A stretch of DNA of 64,000 nucleotides from an uncultured Planctomycetota bacterium (lineage in GTDB: Bacteria; Planctomycetota; Planctomycetia; Isosphaerales; Isosphaeraceae), in contig CAVTTN010000002.1 of NCBI GenBank assembly GCA_963737655.1, positions 5,056,001 to 5,120,000 on the forward strand. The letters run 5' to 3'. Positions 1 through 9,620 of the stretch are shown in pieces (within the stretch, counting starts at the first letter, position 1; each line of letters starts with the position of its first letter). A program made the translations under genes and the position numbers. Below the pieces are notes generated by a model. The model had not been told where the DNA came from and made no database searches. It saw nothing but the letters and a program-made list of their open reading frames with translations.

Positions 1-333
1 GGCCAGTGGTGGTTCGAGCAGACCGGCCTGCCCCTGCCCCTGGGCGGCAACGTCGTCCGCAAGGACCTGGGCGAGGAGACCGTCTCGGAGATCGCCCGGC
101 TGTTGAAGGCCAGCATCGAGTACGCCCTGGCGAACCGCAAGGAGGCGCTCGACTACGCCCTGAACTACGCCCGGGACCTCGACCCCAAGCTCGCCGACGA
201 ATTCGTGGGCATGTACGTGAACGAATGGACGGTCGATTACGGACCCAGGGGCCGGGAAGCCGTCCGGACGCTCCTCAAACGGGCCGCCGAGGCGGGATTG
301 GTCCCCCCGGTGGACGTGGAGTTCGTCGGCTAG
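1..333 (+). CDS. mqnD: 1,4-dihydroxy-6-naphthoate synthase (futalosine menaquinone pathway), 5'-truncated by the window edge
   Basis: Frame from base 1 reads GQWWFEQTGLPLPLGGNVVRKDL...SIEYAL...FVGMYVNEWTVDYG, typical of the MqnD C-terminus. Confidence 0.9.
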   Translation, partial: GQWWFEQTGLPLPLGGNVVRKDLGEETVSEIARLLKASIEYALANRKEALDYALNYARDLDPKLADEFVGMYVNEWTVDYGPRGREAVRTLLKRAAEAGLVPPVDVEFVG

Positions 334-348
334 AAATCGCTCCCTTTG

Positions 349-489
349 TGCTCCGCAGAAAACCCCATTGAGCAAGAGGAAACGAGTAGGTCCGACTTCA
401 GTCGGGCCTGCGAAACAAGGGATTCTTGGAGGCCCGACTGAAGTCGGACCTACTCGTATCGATGCTTCGAAGGGGTTTTCTCCAGGGCA
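349..489. mobile_element. MITE-like element, family A copy 1: outer IR enclosing a GTAG-tagged REP doublet
   Basis: Outer TGCTCCGCAGAAAACCCC...GGGGTTTTCTCCAGGGCA; perfect inner IR ACGAGTAGGTCCGACTTCAGTCGGGCCT at 382-409/430-457; related copies at 39374 and 56437. Confidence 0.75.
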
Positions 490-500
490 CTCACTCTGCC

Positions 501-595
501 TTCTCGGGTAACATGCTTACGTCTTCGTAAACATGTCTTCGATTCACACATGTCCGAAGACATGCACACCAAGACGTAAGCATGCCACCCGAGAA
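501..595. repeat. Palindromic REP-like doublet, family B (GGGTGGCATGCTTACG), degenerate copy
   Basis: Inverted arms; same motif at 3971, 21596, 41800 and 47828. Confidence 0.85.
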
Positions 596-668
596 GTACA
601 TGTTGATCCTGGTCAAGGGCCGCGATTCGACATGCTCAACACGAACCCCGCGAAGCCGTCGCGTCACT

Positions 669-1448
669 TCACTTCCGGGCGTCCCATCGGTCCCTCGGGA
701 CGGGCTCGCCGCCGGAGATCGTCAGCAGGGCGCGGACCGTCTCCGGGGCGGTGTTGGCCGACAGGGTGGTGACCATGCCGTCGGCCGAGAGGACATGGGG
801 GGCCGAGAAGGAGTAGCCTCCGGCGGGATGATGGCTGGCGATCCCGGCCCGAGAGCGGTCTCCCGGGCGGAATGTCATCGCGTCGAAGGCGAGGTCTCTC
901 GGCTCCATCCAGTGGATGCCCAGGCCGGCGACTTCGACGACCGTGAGCGTGCCTTCCGGGCCGTCGGCGATCTCGGAGAGGCGGCGCGACGAGCCATCGG
1001 CGGGGAAGGCGGTCCCGCGGCCCTGGACCACCACGTAATCGGCCTCGGCCGATCCCTTCCGAGGAGGGTGGCTCGGGCACCAGAAGGCGTTTTGGACGTC
1101 CGGCCCGTCCAGACGGAGATTGTTCGGGCTGTCCCAGGGCAGGTCGAACCGGAAATCCCTGGCGAATCGGCCGCCGAACCGCCCGTCGGCCCGGTCCATC
1201 TCGGCCGCCACGAGCACCCGCCAGCTAGAGAGCGGCTTGCCCTTCGCGTCGGTCACGAAGGCGGGCGGGAGGCATCCGTACGTGTTCTCGTATTGACCCA
1301 GGGCCACGCCGATCTGCTTGAGGTTGTTCACGCAATGGGCGCATCGGGCGGCCTCGCGGGCCCATCGGCTGTCCCGAGCCACCCCGGCGAGCAGGGCAAA
1401 CAGGGTCCCGGCGAACGCGATATAGGCCATCAAGCGTTTCAGGGACAT
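669..1448 (-). CDS. DUF1559 domain protein
   Basis: C.NNLKQIGVAL..Y, LSSWRV, DLPWDSPNN, IADG...T and W..PRD motifs. Confidence 0.85.
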   Translation of the reverse strand: MSLKRLMAYIAFAGTLFALLAGVARDSRWAREAARCAHCVNNLKQIGVALGQYENTYGCLPPAFVTDAKGKPLSSWRVLVAAEMDRADGRFGGRFARDFRFDLPWDSPNNLRLDGPDVQNAFWCPSHPPRKGSAEADYVVVQGRGTAFPADGSSRRLSEIADGPEGTLTVVEVAGLGIHWMEPRDLAFDAMTFRPGDRSRAGIASHHPAGGYSFSAPHVLSADGMVTTLSANTAPETVRALLTISGGEPVPRDRWDARK

Positions 1449-1468
1449 CCCGGGCCTCCCGCGATCGG

Positions 1469-2164
1469 TTACTTGTCGGCCTTCTTCTTGAGCATCTTTT
1501 GAACCATCTGGTCCAGGGCGCCGTGGGGCAGGTCGATGTTGAAGAAGAAGGTCTGGGGCTCGCCGGCGCCTTGCCTGGGTTCGGCCTCCATGACGTCGAT
1601 CCAGTGGCCCTCGGCCATCCGGAGGGACTGCCTCTTGCGGGCGAGCTTCAGCGAGTCCAGGAAGAGGTATTCCTCGTCGATGAAGAGGACCTCGATGGGC
1701 TTCTCAATCGTGGTGCCGCGGCCGGGGACGAAGAGGGTCGAGGCGATCCCCTCGGCGAACGCCTGATGGAGGGCTTTTTTGTCGGCCTGGCCGGTCCTGT
1801 CGTAGAGGACGGCGGCCAGCCCGTGGGCGTCGAGCCTCATCCAGCCCTCGCGGTCCATCAGTGTTTCCAGGGCCGTGACGGCGGCCTGATCCTCGCCCTT
1901 CTGGGCGAGGTCGCGGACCGCTCCGAGCTCCTTCCGCCAGTCCACGTTATAGGGCTGGTAGCGGTCGGTGGCGGCGAAGGCGTGGCGGAGGGCCGTCCAG
2001 TCGGCTTTCCCGGGGGCTTTCTTGGCGGAGGCGAGCAGGTCGTCGAACGCCCGATCCGCCTTCGGCTTCGGCTTCGGGTCGTCCTGAGCCCGGCACGCCG
2101 AATCGGTGAACGAGGCCAGGGCCCCGGCGATCAGGAGCCATCGGACGGCGATTCGCGGGGGCAT
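1469..2164 (-). CDS. Exported protein, DUF4919-like
   Basis: Signal peptide from MPPRIAV; C-terminal G.TIEKPIEVLFIDEEY...QSL...DVM...FFFNID pattern. Confidence 0.6.
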   Translation of the reverse strand: MPPRIAVRWLLIAGALASFTDSACRAQDDPKPKPKADRAFDDLLASAKKAPGKADWTALRHAFAATDRYQPYNVDWRKELGAVRDLAQKGEDQAAVTALETLMDREGWMRLDAHGLAAVLYDRTGQADKKALHQAFAEGIASTLFVPGRGTTIEKPIEVLFIDEEYLFLDSLKLARKRQSLRMAEGHWIDVMEAEPRQGAGEPQTFFFNIDLPHGALDQMVQKMLKKKADK

Positions 2165-2410
2165 CGGGGCACCTCGTCGAGGGGGGAGTCGCGAGTCGGG
2201 AGAGGCCGAGGGCTCGATTCTGAAGGCCCCGACGGCGGAATTCCACGAGATTTTTCGGGCCCCGGGGCGGTTTGGCAAGGAGAGGCGCGGGCCCGATCCC
2301 GGAAACGGGGCCCACCCCCCTGCCCTTTGCGAAACTTGCCTGATAGACTCGTCCGGCCCGGCCCTCTCTCCCGGTCATCCCTCGTCGCTCCATCCACCCG
2401 GAGAGTCCCG

Positions 2411-3961
2411 ATGCGACCGTCTCGCCCCCTCGCGCTCGCCCTCCTGATCGCGTCTCCGTCGCTGGCGATGGCCCAGCCCCAGGCGCCTCCCGTCCCGCCG
2501 ACCTCGGCCGAGGCCCGGGGGGTCTCGACGGCGATCCTCGAAGAGATCGACAAGAAGTCCGAGCTCATGAGCAACCTCGAATACCTCTGCGACATGATCG
2601 GCCCGAGGCTCACGGGCTCGCCGAACCTGAAGAAGGCCAACGAGTGGACCCGGGACAAGTTCAAGGATTACGGGCTGGAGAACGCCCACCTCGAATCGTG
2701 GAAGATCGCCCGGGGGTGGACCCGAGGGACGGCGTCGGGCAAGGTCGTCGCCCCGGTCGAGCAGCGAATCCTCCTGGAATCGGCCGGCTGGGCGCCCTCG
2801 ACCAAGGGCCCGGTGCGAGGCCCGGTCGTCTACCTGAAGGCGGAGAAGCCGGCGGACCTCGACGCCTTCAAGGGGAAGCTGAAGGGGGCGTGGATCCTGT
2901 CTCGCCCGGTCTCGGTCCAGCCGTCGCCCAAGAACCCCGAGCCCGAGAAGGGGAGCATCGGCGGCGACCGCCCCCGGAACATGGGCAACGCCCAGGCGTT
3001 CCGCAAGGCCCTCAAGCAATTCCTGATCGATGAGGGGGCCGCCGGGACCCTGCGCGACTCCAACAAGGAGCACGGCCTGGTCAACATGACCGGCGCCACC
3101 AACGATTTCACCATCTCCGAGCTGCCCGAGGCGTTCCTGACCACCGAATCCTACGGCCTGATCTGGAGGCTCATGCAGAGGGGGCCGGTGGAGATCGAGC
3201 TCGACCTCAAGAACTCCACGACCGACGGCGAGGTCGAGGTTTACAACACCGTGGCCGAGCTCAAGGGGACCGAGAAGCCCGAGGAAGTCGTCCTGATCGG
3301 CGGCCACCTCGATAGCTGGGACCTCGGCACCGGCGCCACCGACAACGGCACCGGGACGATGGCCGTCCTGGAAGCCGCCCGCGCCCTGAAGGCCGTCGGC
3401 GTGAAGCCGAAGCGGACGATCCGGTTCGTCCTGTTCTCGGGCGAGGAGGAGGGCCTCCACGGCTCGAAGCAGTACGTGAAGGCGCACGAGGGCGAGATGG
3501 ACAAGATCTCGGCCGTTTTGGTCCACGACATGGGCACGGGCAAGGTCACGAGCATCGGCCTCCAGGGCCGGTATGACCTCCGGGAGACGATGGACCTGGT
3601 CGTCGCCCCGTTCGGCCGGACGATCAAGATGGACGAGATCAGCCTCCGCAACATGGGGGGCACGGACCACCTGTCGTTCCTGCCCAAGGGCGTCCCGGCG
3701 TTCGCCGTGGTCCAGGACCCCGCCGAGTACCGCAAGACCCACCACACCGAGAGCGACACCTTCGACAAGGTCTATCCCGACGAGGTGAACCAGGGGGCGA
3801 AGGTCCTGGCCGCGTGGGCCTACAACGTGGCCATGCTGCCGGACCTCCTGCCCCGAGACCCCAAGCCCCGGCCCAAGCCGACCGAGGACTCCCCCGGCAC
3901 GCCCGCCCCGCCCCCCAAGCCGGATGCCGCCGCCGCGGCTTCGGCCGGTTCGGGCCGCTGA
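2411..3961 (+). CDS. M28 family metallopeptidase (carboxypeptidase Q-like)
   Basis: Signal peptide; IGPRLTGS, GGHLDSWD, GATDNGTG, GEEEGL, TDH and HHTESDT motifs. Confidence 0.92.
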   Translation: MRPSRPLALALLIASPSLAMAQPQAPPVPPTSAEARGVSTAILEEIDKKSELMSNLEYLCDMIGPRLTGSPNLKKANEWTRDKFKDYGLENAHLESWKIARGWTRGTASGKVVAPVEQRILLESAGWAPSTKGPVRGPVVYLKAEKPADLDAFKGKLKGAWILSRPVSVQPSPKNPEPEKGSIGGDRPRNMGNAQAFRKALKQFLIDEGAAGTLRDSNKEHGLVNMTGATNDFTISELPEAFLTTESYGLIWRLMQRGPVEIELDLKNSTTDGEVEVYNTVAELKGTEKPEEVVLIGGHLDSWDLGTGATDNGTGTMAVLEAARALKAVGVKPKRTIRFVLFSGEEEGLHGSKQYVKAHEGEMDKISAVLVHDMGTGKVTSIGLQGRYDLRETMDLVVAPFGRTIKMDEISLRNMGGTDHLSFLPKGVPAFAVVQDPAEYRKTHHTESDTFDKVYPDEVNQGAKVLAAWAYNVAMLPDLLPRDPKPRPKPTEDSPGTPAPPPKPDAAAAASAGSGR

Positions 3962-3970
3962 GAAAAATCT

Positions 3971-4012
3971 CCCGGGTGGCATGCTTACGTCTGCGTAAGC
4001 ATGCCACCCGGG
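3971..4012. repeat. Family B single perfect hairpin; possible terminator of the peptidase gene
   Basis: CCCGGGTGGCATGCTTACG-TCTG-CGTAAGCATGCCACCCGGG. Confidence 0.85.
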
Positions 4013-4105
4013 GATGCCGATCGGGTCAAGCTCTAGCTTCCTCATCGCGATCGACCCCGTTCGCGATCCGCCAATCCGACGAGTCCGCCGAGAGGGGCAT
4101 GAGGG

Positions 4106-5245
4106 ATGGGACGGCCGGCTCTGACGATCCCCCTCCTGATCCTCCTCGGCGGTCTGGCGGCGGCGGGCCTGGCGTGGGGGGCGGCGAAGGCCCTGAGCGA
4201 CTCGGCCGACCTGGAACGCCGGGCCGAGGAGGTCGAGCTGGTCCTCCGCCGTCACGACCCCTACGCCGACCCCGACATGACCTATCCGCCGTCGGCCGAG
4301 CCGGTGTTCGTCGCCCTGATCGCCCCGATCCGGGGCCGATGGCTCCGCCTCGGCTGGCTCGTGCTCAATGGCCTGGCCTTGATCGGCCTGATCGGGGCGA
4401 TCTGGGACTCGTGGGGCAAGGCCTGGCCGCCGTGGGCGAAGGCGGCGTTCGCCCTGGCGGCGGCGGCGACCAAGCCGGTCCGCGCCGGGTTCGGATTGGG
4501 CCAGTTCCACCTGATCCCCTCGGCCTGCCTGGCCGCGTCGATCGGGCTGATGGAGAGGAAACGGCCGATCGCGGCGGGCCTGCTCGTCGGGATCGCGCTG
4601 ACCAAGCCGACGATGGCCGCCCCATTCCTCTTCGTCCTGATGGCGAAACGGCGATGGACGACCCTCGGCGTGGCCCTCGGCCTGAATCTCGCCCTGACGC
4701 TGGCGATGAGCGCGTGGCTGGGGATCGGCCCGGCGGAACTCCTCCGAGAATGGCTCGACCGGGCGAGGGAGCAGCTCTCGGCCGGGACCATCGACGTCCC
4801 CTCCCTGGCCTCCCGGGCCTGGCCGGCGATGGCGACCCGGGGATCGACGTTGAGCCTGGTCGTCCTGGCGATCGCGGGCGCGGCGATCTGGGCGTTGAGG
4901 AAGCAATCGGAGGCCGGGCTGACCAGCCTCTCGCTCGCCTTCGCGGCGATCTTCACCTATCATCGGCCGTATGACCTGGTCCTGCTCCTCCCGGCCCTGG
5001 CCTCCCTGTTCGATGGGGCCCTGGCGAGGAAGAGCCCGGCGGCCGGGCTGGGCGTCCTGGCGTTCGCCGGATTGTTGATCGCGCCGAACCACCCCTCGGT
5101 GGCCGGGGGGCTGGAACGGGTCTATGACGTCGCCCTGATCGGCGGGGCCTACCTCGCGATGGCGGCCCTGATCGTCCAGGTCGCCTGCGAGCGGAGGGCG
5201 GACGGCCCGGCCGAAACGAATCGATCGATCGCGGAGACACGATGA
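4106..5245 (+). CDS. Glycosyltransferase family 87 (DUF2029)-like membrane protein
   Basis: Multiple TM helices; TYPP, GQ, LTKP and YHRPYDL motifs. Confidence 0.75.
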   Translation: MGRPALTIPLLILLGGLAAAGLAWGAAKALSDSADLERRAEEVELVLRRHDPYADPDMTYPPSAEPVFVALIAPIRGRWLRLGWLVLNGLALIGLIGAIWDSWGKAWPPWAKAAFALAAAATKPVRAGFGLGQFHLIPSACLAASIGLMERKRPIAAGLLVGIALTKPTMAAPFLFVLMAKRRWTTLGVALGLNLALTLAMSAWLGIGPAELLREWLDRAREQLSAGTIDVPSLASRAWPAMATRGSTLSLVVLAIAGAAIWALRKQSEAGLTSLSLAFAAIFTYHRPYDLVLLLPALASLFDGALARKSPAAGLGVLAFAGLLIAPNHPSVAGGLERVYDVALIGGAYLAMAALIVQVACERRADGPAETNRSIAETR

Positions 5246-5282
5246 TCTCTCCGCGATCGATCGCTGAGGAGGCCCGAGGCGA

Positions 5283-6031
5283 TCAGTTCGCCAGGGCTTC
5301 CTCATACGACTCGTTGCGGACCGGCTGGATCGACTGGATCTTGCGGATCGCCTCGCCGTAGGCCAGGGCGACCTGCTCGGCATCCCAGTCCACCATCCGG
5401 GAGGGGAAGTCCTGGAGCTTCGCCCAGCCGTTGAGGTACTTCAGGAGGCCGACCTCGTGCCTCTGCTCCATGTCCTTGGTCCAGGCGAACAGGGCCTTGC
5501 CCGATCGGGGCGCCTGGGGCCGCGAGCCCGGGCCGGGGCCGGGGCCGGCGGCGAGGGGGCCGCCCCCGCGTGACCGTTCCCATTGCCGTTCCCGTTGCCG
5601 GGATTGGGGTTGGACTCGGCCGGAGGCTCGACGTTCGGCTCCCTCTCCTGGACGAACTTCGGCACGCCGTCGCGATAGAGGTAGCGGGCCACGCCGAACT
5701 TGGCGCAGGCCCTCTTGAAGGAGTCGGAGAAGCCGCTCTTGTCGTCGTCGCCCGAGTCGGCCATCCCGGCGTAGCCCCCGGCGTCGGCCTTGGTGACGAC
5801 CGAGCCGTCGGGCAGGCGGATCGACAGCTTGCAGAGCACCGAGTTCTCCGACGGCGCGTACTCGTCCCACCAGTTCTCGGGGCCGAGGACGCTGTCCAGC
5901 CGGTTCATGGCCGTCCGGGCCGTGATGTAGTGCAAGACCCGATGGCCGCCCCCCTGCGCCGGGCGGGTCTTGATCTCGTTCTGGTCGAAAGGCGCGGCGA
6001 GGGCCGCGAACAGGTCAGGAAACTTCGTCAT
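5283..6031 (-). CDS. Rad52/Rad22-family single-strand annealing protein (frameshift near 5531)
   Basis: LAAPF, YITARTAMNRLDSVLGPENW and KSGFSDSFKRACAKFGVARYLY; the C-terminal domain continues in a second frame to 5283. Confidence 0.8.
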
Positions 6032-6330
6032 AGGTCTCGCCCCCCGGAGGACTCGGCGGGATGTGCTCGGCCGTCGGAAACGACTCACTTCGTCTCGATC
6101 CGGCCGGTCCCGCCGCCCTCGTTCCTGGTCAATCACCGGGTGCAGGTCACTCGGATCACGCACAACGAACCGTCCCCCGTGATACGACCGGATCGGTCGC
6201 CGGGTTCTGAACTTTGTGCCACAATCCGATCCATTCCGACACGAGCCGGCAGCGCGCCACCGCCCGCCCGAAACATGGACAGGAGTCCAGTTCGAGCGGA
6301 CGGTGGGATTGTACCCGGGGGCGACGACCG

Positions 6331-6615
6331 TTACAAGCGTACAGTGGACAAAACGGACGGAATTCCCGAAGAGGCCACCGAGAGGCTCGTCGGCACGGTG
6401 ATCATCGCGGTGGGCTTCACGGAGAAGCCGTAGCGATTCATGGTCAGGATCAGGAGGAGGCAGCCCAGGAGGATGGCGCCCAGGGCGATCCCGAGCATCA
6501 CCACGAAGATGTCGCTCTTGGCCGACTGGACGTAGACCCCTCGGCCCCCTCCGGCGGCGGGCGTGGAGCGGGCCGCCGGCCGGCTAGCTGCGGGGTTTGA
6601 TCTTAGTCGTGACAT
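6331..6615 (-). CDS. Small single-TM hypothetical protein
   Basis: 94-aa ORF with a strong hydrophobic helix, overlapping the end of the upstream gene. Confidence 0.65.
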   Translation of the reverse strand: MSRLRSNPAASRPAARSTPAAGGGRGVYVQSAKSDIFVVMLGIALGAILLGCLLLILTMNRYGFSVKPTAMITVPTSLSVASSGIPSVLSTVRL

Positions 6616-7441
6616 GGTCGCCCCTCTCGATCTTCTTGCCGTGGATGGTCTTGCCGATGACCCGGGCCGAGGACTGGTTCGGGTCGGTCTCCAGGATGCG
6701 GACCTTGCCGAGGTACTCGGGCGTGGGCTTGGTCCGGTAGAGGTCCAGCTCGTGGCCGGCGACGAGCCCGTCGTCCGAGCCGATGCTGATCTCGATGAGT
6801 TGGTTCTTCGAATCGACCTTCAAGACCTCGCCCTCGACGTCCGGCGGCAGGTCGAGGAGCTTGTAGACGGTCGGATCGCTCGGCAAACCGGCCTTGCGGA
6901 GCCCGCCCTGGAGCCGGACCACGCGATCCCGGAGGTCGGCGTTGTTGGCCGTGGCCACCTCGAGCTCTCGCTTCAGGAGGACGATCTGCTGGTCCAGGTC
7001 GGTCTTCTGGAGCTTGTACTCGTTGGCCTGGGTCTGCACGGCCTGGACGATCTCGCGGAGCTTGTTCGACTCGGCGATCCGGGCCTCGGCCTCCTTGTTG
7101 GAGGACAGGACGTTCTCCTGCGCCTGCTCGATCGCGATCCGCTGCTTGGTGATTTCCGCCTGCCGGGTGTTGTTCTCTTCGCGGAGGTTCTTGATCGTGG
7201 CCTTGTCGGCCCGATCGTCCTTCTCGAAGGCGGCCTTGGCCCCGTCGAGGTTGGCCTTCTGGGTATCCACCTCGGCCTTGGCGCGGCGGAGGTCGTCTTC
7301 CAGCTTCTTTTTCGTCTCGTTGAGCTTGGTCACCCGTTCCTTCCAGTTGACCTCGGTCGTGAAGACGACCGTGGACAGCGCGAGGAAGAACAGGGCGAAG
7401 ACCATGAGGACGATCACGAGGATTTTGCCGACGAATGTCAT
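6584..7441 (-). CDS. Membrane-anchored coiled-coil protein with C-terminal beta domain
   Basis: N-terminal TM, long heptad-rich region, GEVLKVD...IEISIGSDDGL motif; typical codon bias. Confidence 0.8.
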   Translation of the reverse strand: MTFVGKILVIVLMVFALFFLALSTVVFTTEVNWKERVTKLNETKKKLEDDLRRAKAEVDTQKANLDGAKAAFEKDDRADKATIKNLREENNTRQAEITKQRIAIEQAQENVLSSNKEAEARIAESNKLREIVQAVQTQANEYKLQKTDLDQQIVLLKRELEVATANNADLRDRVVRLQGGLRKAGLPSDPTVYKLLDLPPDVEGEVLKVDSKNQLIEISIGSDDGLVAGHELDLYRTKPTPEYLGKVRILETDPNQSSARVIGKTIHGKKIERGDHVTTKIKPRS

Positions 7442-7729
7442 GGTCCCACCTGCCGATCGGCGTTAGACGGCCAGAACCCGCCCCAGACCACCCGTCGTGT
7501 CGAGGAAGAGGATCTTCGGGAGCGCGCCGGGCCAAGACCAGTAGACGTGATCCCGCCCGGCGAGCGAACCGCCCGCCCCGACGAGGATTCCCTCAATCAT
7601 AGAGCGGTCGCCCGTCTCCAGGCAAGGAAATCCCATGCCCCACGATGGCAGGGCCCGGGGACCGACTCGCCCAAGGATACACCATCAAGGCGAAGTGGGC
7701 AAACGAGGGGATGTAGGACACGGCAAATG

Positions 7730-7821
7730 GGGTGTAGCTCTGGAATCTGGATCGTCCAAAGGGTGCCCCCGGTTCTTGAACCGGGGGCACCCGAAAAACT
7801 CCAGAATCGAGAGCTAGACCC
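7730..7821. mobile_element. 92-bp MITE-like element with 9-bp target duplication and internal perfect hairpin
   Basis: Terminal IR GGGTGTAGCTCTGGAATCTGGA / TCCAGAATCGAGAGCTAGACCC (3 mismatches); flanked by direct repeat CGGCAAATG; inner hairpin 7761-7792. Confidence 0.75.
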
Positions 7822-7876
7822 CGGCAAATGGTCCCCGTCCGCGACGAGGCCGGGGGGACCTCGCCTCGAGGACGAA

Positions 7877-8800
7877 TCACGGCGTCTTCTTCGGCTCGCC
7901 CGGCGACACCGCCGGGGCCGTCGGGAGCGTCTTGAGGGCCTGGATCACCTCGTCCGGGACGGCCTTCGCGGAGATCGGCGGGAGGTCGCGGCCCTTCGCG
8001 CCGAAATCGGGCTTTCCATACGTCTTTTCCTGATCGCGAAAGACCGCGTCGAGCTTCGCGCGATCGCCTTCGGCGAGGAAATACGAGTCGTTCAGCACGC
8101 CCCAGAGGCCATCGCCGCGGGCGCGGGTCAGCGGACGGAGCGTTTCCACGCTCGGGCCGAGCCAGAGGCGATACAGGGCGAGTTTCGGGACGTCCTTCTC
8201 CCGGCCCGCGAAGTTTTCCAGGAACGAATTGAGGCCGCCTCCGAACGTCTCCACGCTCTTGTGGCCGCCATTCGGGCTGGTGATCGTGGCGAGATGCCGC
8301 CACCCGCCGGCCTTGCCATCGAGGACGTAGAATCGGGCCTCGGTGGTGTCGGGCGCCGTCCCCGGCTGCTTCCGGACGAAGAACTGGAACGTCTCGCCGA
8401 CCTTCCACGGCCAGATCGCATGAGTATGCCCCCCCTCCCCCTCGCCGCCGAAGCGGTTGTGGACGGTCCGGGGATCGGCCTCGGTGATTTGGGGATGGAG
8501 CCGGGGTGAAGTGTCCCAGACCGAGAAGATCGTCCGCCGTTCCCTCGTGCTGTTGTGCTGAATCCCGCAATACCCGCCCGCCGGCTCGCCCGGATGCCAG
8601 TTCGCCCCGCAATAGTAGATGGCCGGATGGGTCGCCAGGACGGTGATGGTGCCATAGAGGCACGTGGCCTCCTTCTGGCCGTCCAGGTCCCACCAAAGAT
8701 GCTGGGCCCGGGCCTCCGGGGCGAGCATCAAGAATGCGGAGAGCGCCAAGAGCGTCTTGACGCACCGCAAGATGTGACCGCGAAGGTCCGATGGCGGCAT
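7877..8800 (-). CDS. Exported DUF3472-like protein
   Basis: Signal peptide; GYCGIQHNS..ERRTIFSVW, FGGEGEGG and SFLENF motifs. Confidence 0.7.
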   Translation of the reverse strand: MPPSDLRGHILRCVKTLLALSAFLMLAPEARAQHLWWDLDGQKEATCLYGTITVLATHPAIYYCGANWHPGEPAGGYCGIQHNSTRERRTIFSVWDTSPRLHPQITEADPRTVHNRFGGEGEGGHTHAIWPWKVGETFQFFVRKQPGTAPDTTEARFYVLDGKAGGWRHLATITSPNGGHKSVETFGGGLNSFLENFAGREKDVPKLALYRLWLGPSVETLRPLTRARGDGLWGVLNDSYFLAEGDRAKLDAVFRDQEKTYGKPDFGAKGRDLPPISAKAVPDEVIQALKTLPTAPAVSPGEPKKTP

Positions 8801-9058
8801 TCCGAGACTCCCGGTCGGGGCGGCAAGACGGGCCGAGCGGGCCGAATGTATCAGGCAGGGTTCGCGGAGGGCAGTAGGCCGTCTCGAAAATCGGGGAGCC
8901 GCTTCATGGTGTCGAACCGACCCGATCGGCCCCCTCCGGGAGGCGCGGCCCGGGACGCCCGGCTTGCGGACCGGGCGGCGAGCGGCCATGCTGTCGGGAG
9001 GCGGAAGGAGGGCCGCCCCCCTCGATTTTTCCCGATCGCCCCTCGCCCTGGAGGCCGC

Positions 9059-9298
9059 ATGACGTCCCTGCTCCAACGCGCCCTGGCCGAGGCCGAGACG
9101 CTCCCCGCCGAGGATCAGGACGCCATCGCCTCGCGATTGCTCGCCGAGGTCGAGGACGAGCGCCGATGGGCCTCGCGGTTTGCCGCGACGACCGACGACC
9201 AATGGGACCGCCTCGTGGCCGACGTGCGACGAGACGTCGCCACCCGAGGCACCCGGCCCCTCGATCACGCCTTCCCGCCCGACGATCCCTCGCGATGA
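9059..9298 (+). CDS. Putative antitoxin
   Basis: 79-aa acidic protein (LP..QDAIA..LL.E..DE..W...F); ATGA overlap with the downstream toxin gene. Confidence 0.7.
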   Translation: MTSLLQRALAEAETLPAEDQDAIASRLLAEVEDERRWASRFAATTDDQWDRLVADVRRDVATRGTRPLDHAFPPDDPSR

Positions 9299-9564
9299 AC
9301 TCGGTCATCACCGCCGGGTTCCTCGAACGGCTCGGCGCGCTGCCCGACTCGGTCCGTCAGCAAGCCTCCCGGGCCCACGCCCTCTGGAGGGCCGACCTCC
9401 ACCATCCAAGCCTCCCATTCAAGCGGGTTAGCCAAAGGCAGCCGATCGACTCGGCCCGGGTCGGGCTGGGACATCGGGCCCTGGGCCTCCGGGAAGGCGA
9501 GACGATCACCTGGTTCTGGATCGGCTCGCATGCCGAGTAGGACAACCTCTTGTCTCGGTTGTGA
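9295..9564 (+). pseudogene. ParE/RelE-like toxin with premature TAG at 9538-9540
   Basis: HPSL.FK.V, S.RVG...RA.G and WFWIGSHAE motifs; after TAG the frame continues DNLLSRL to TGA at 9564. Confidence 0.7.
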
Positions 9565-9620
9565 TGATTTGAATTTTAATAGATTTCACCTCAACCGGCA
9601 CATTTCATGCAGCCGTCGAG

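Noticed and set aside
2375..5383. Very long antisense ORFs (also 15381-18182, 41812-45039, 58854-62750)
   Set aside because: Shadow frames opposite well-supported genes in high-GC DNA; Arg/Gly/Pro-rich with no motifs.
7729..7822. tRNA-like start GGGGTGTAGCTC
   Set aside because: No T-arm GTTCRA or cloverleaf; explained as the terminal IR of a MITE.
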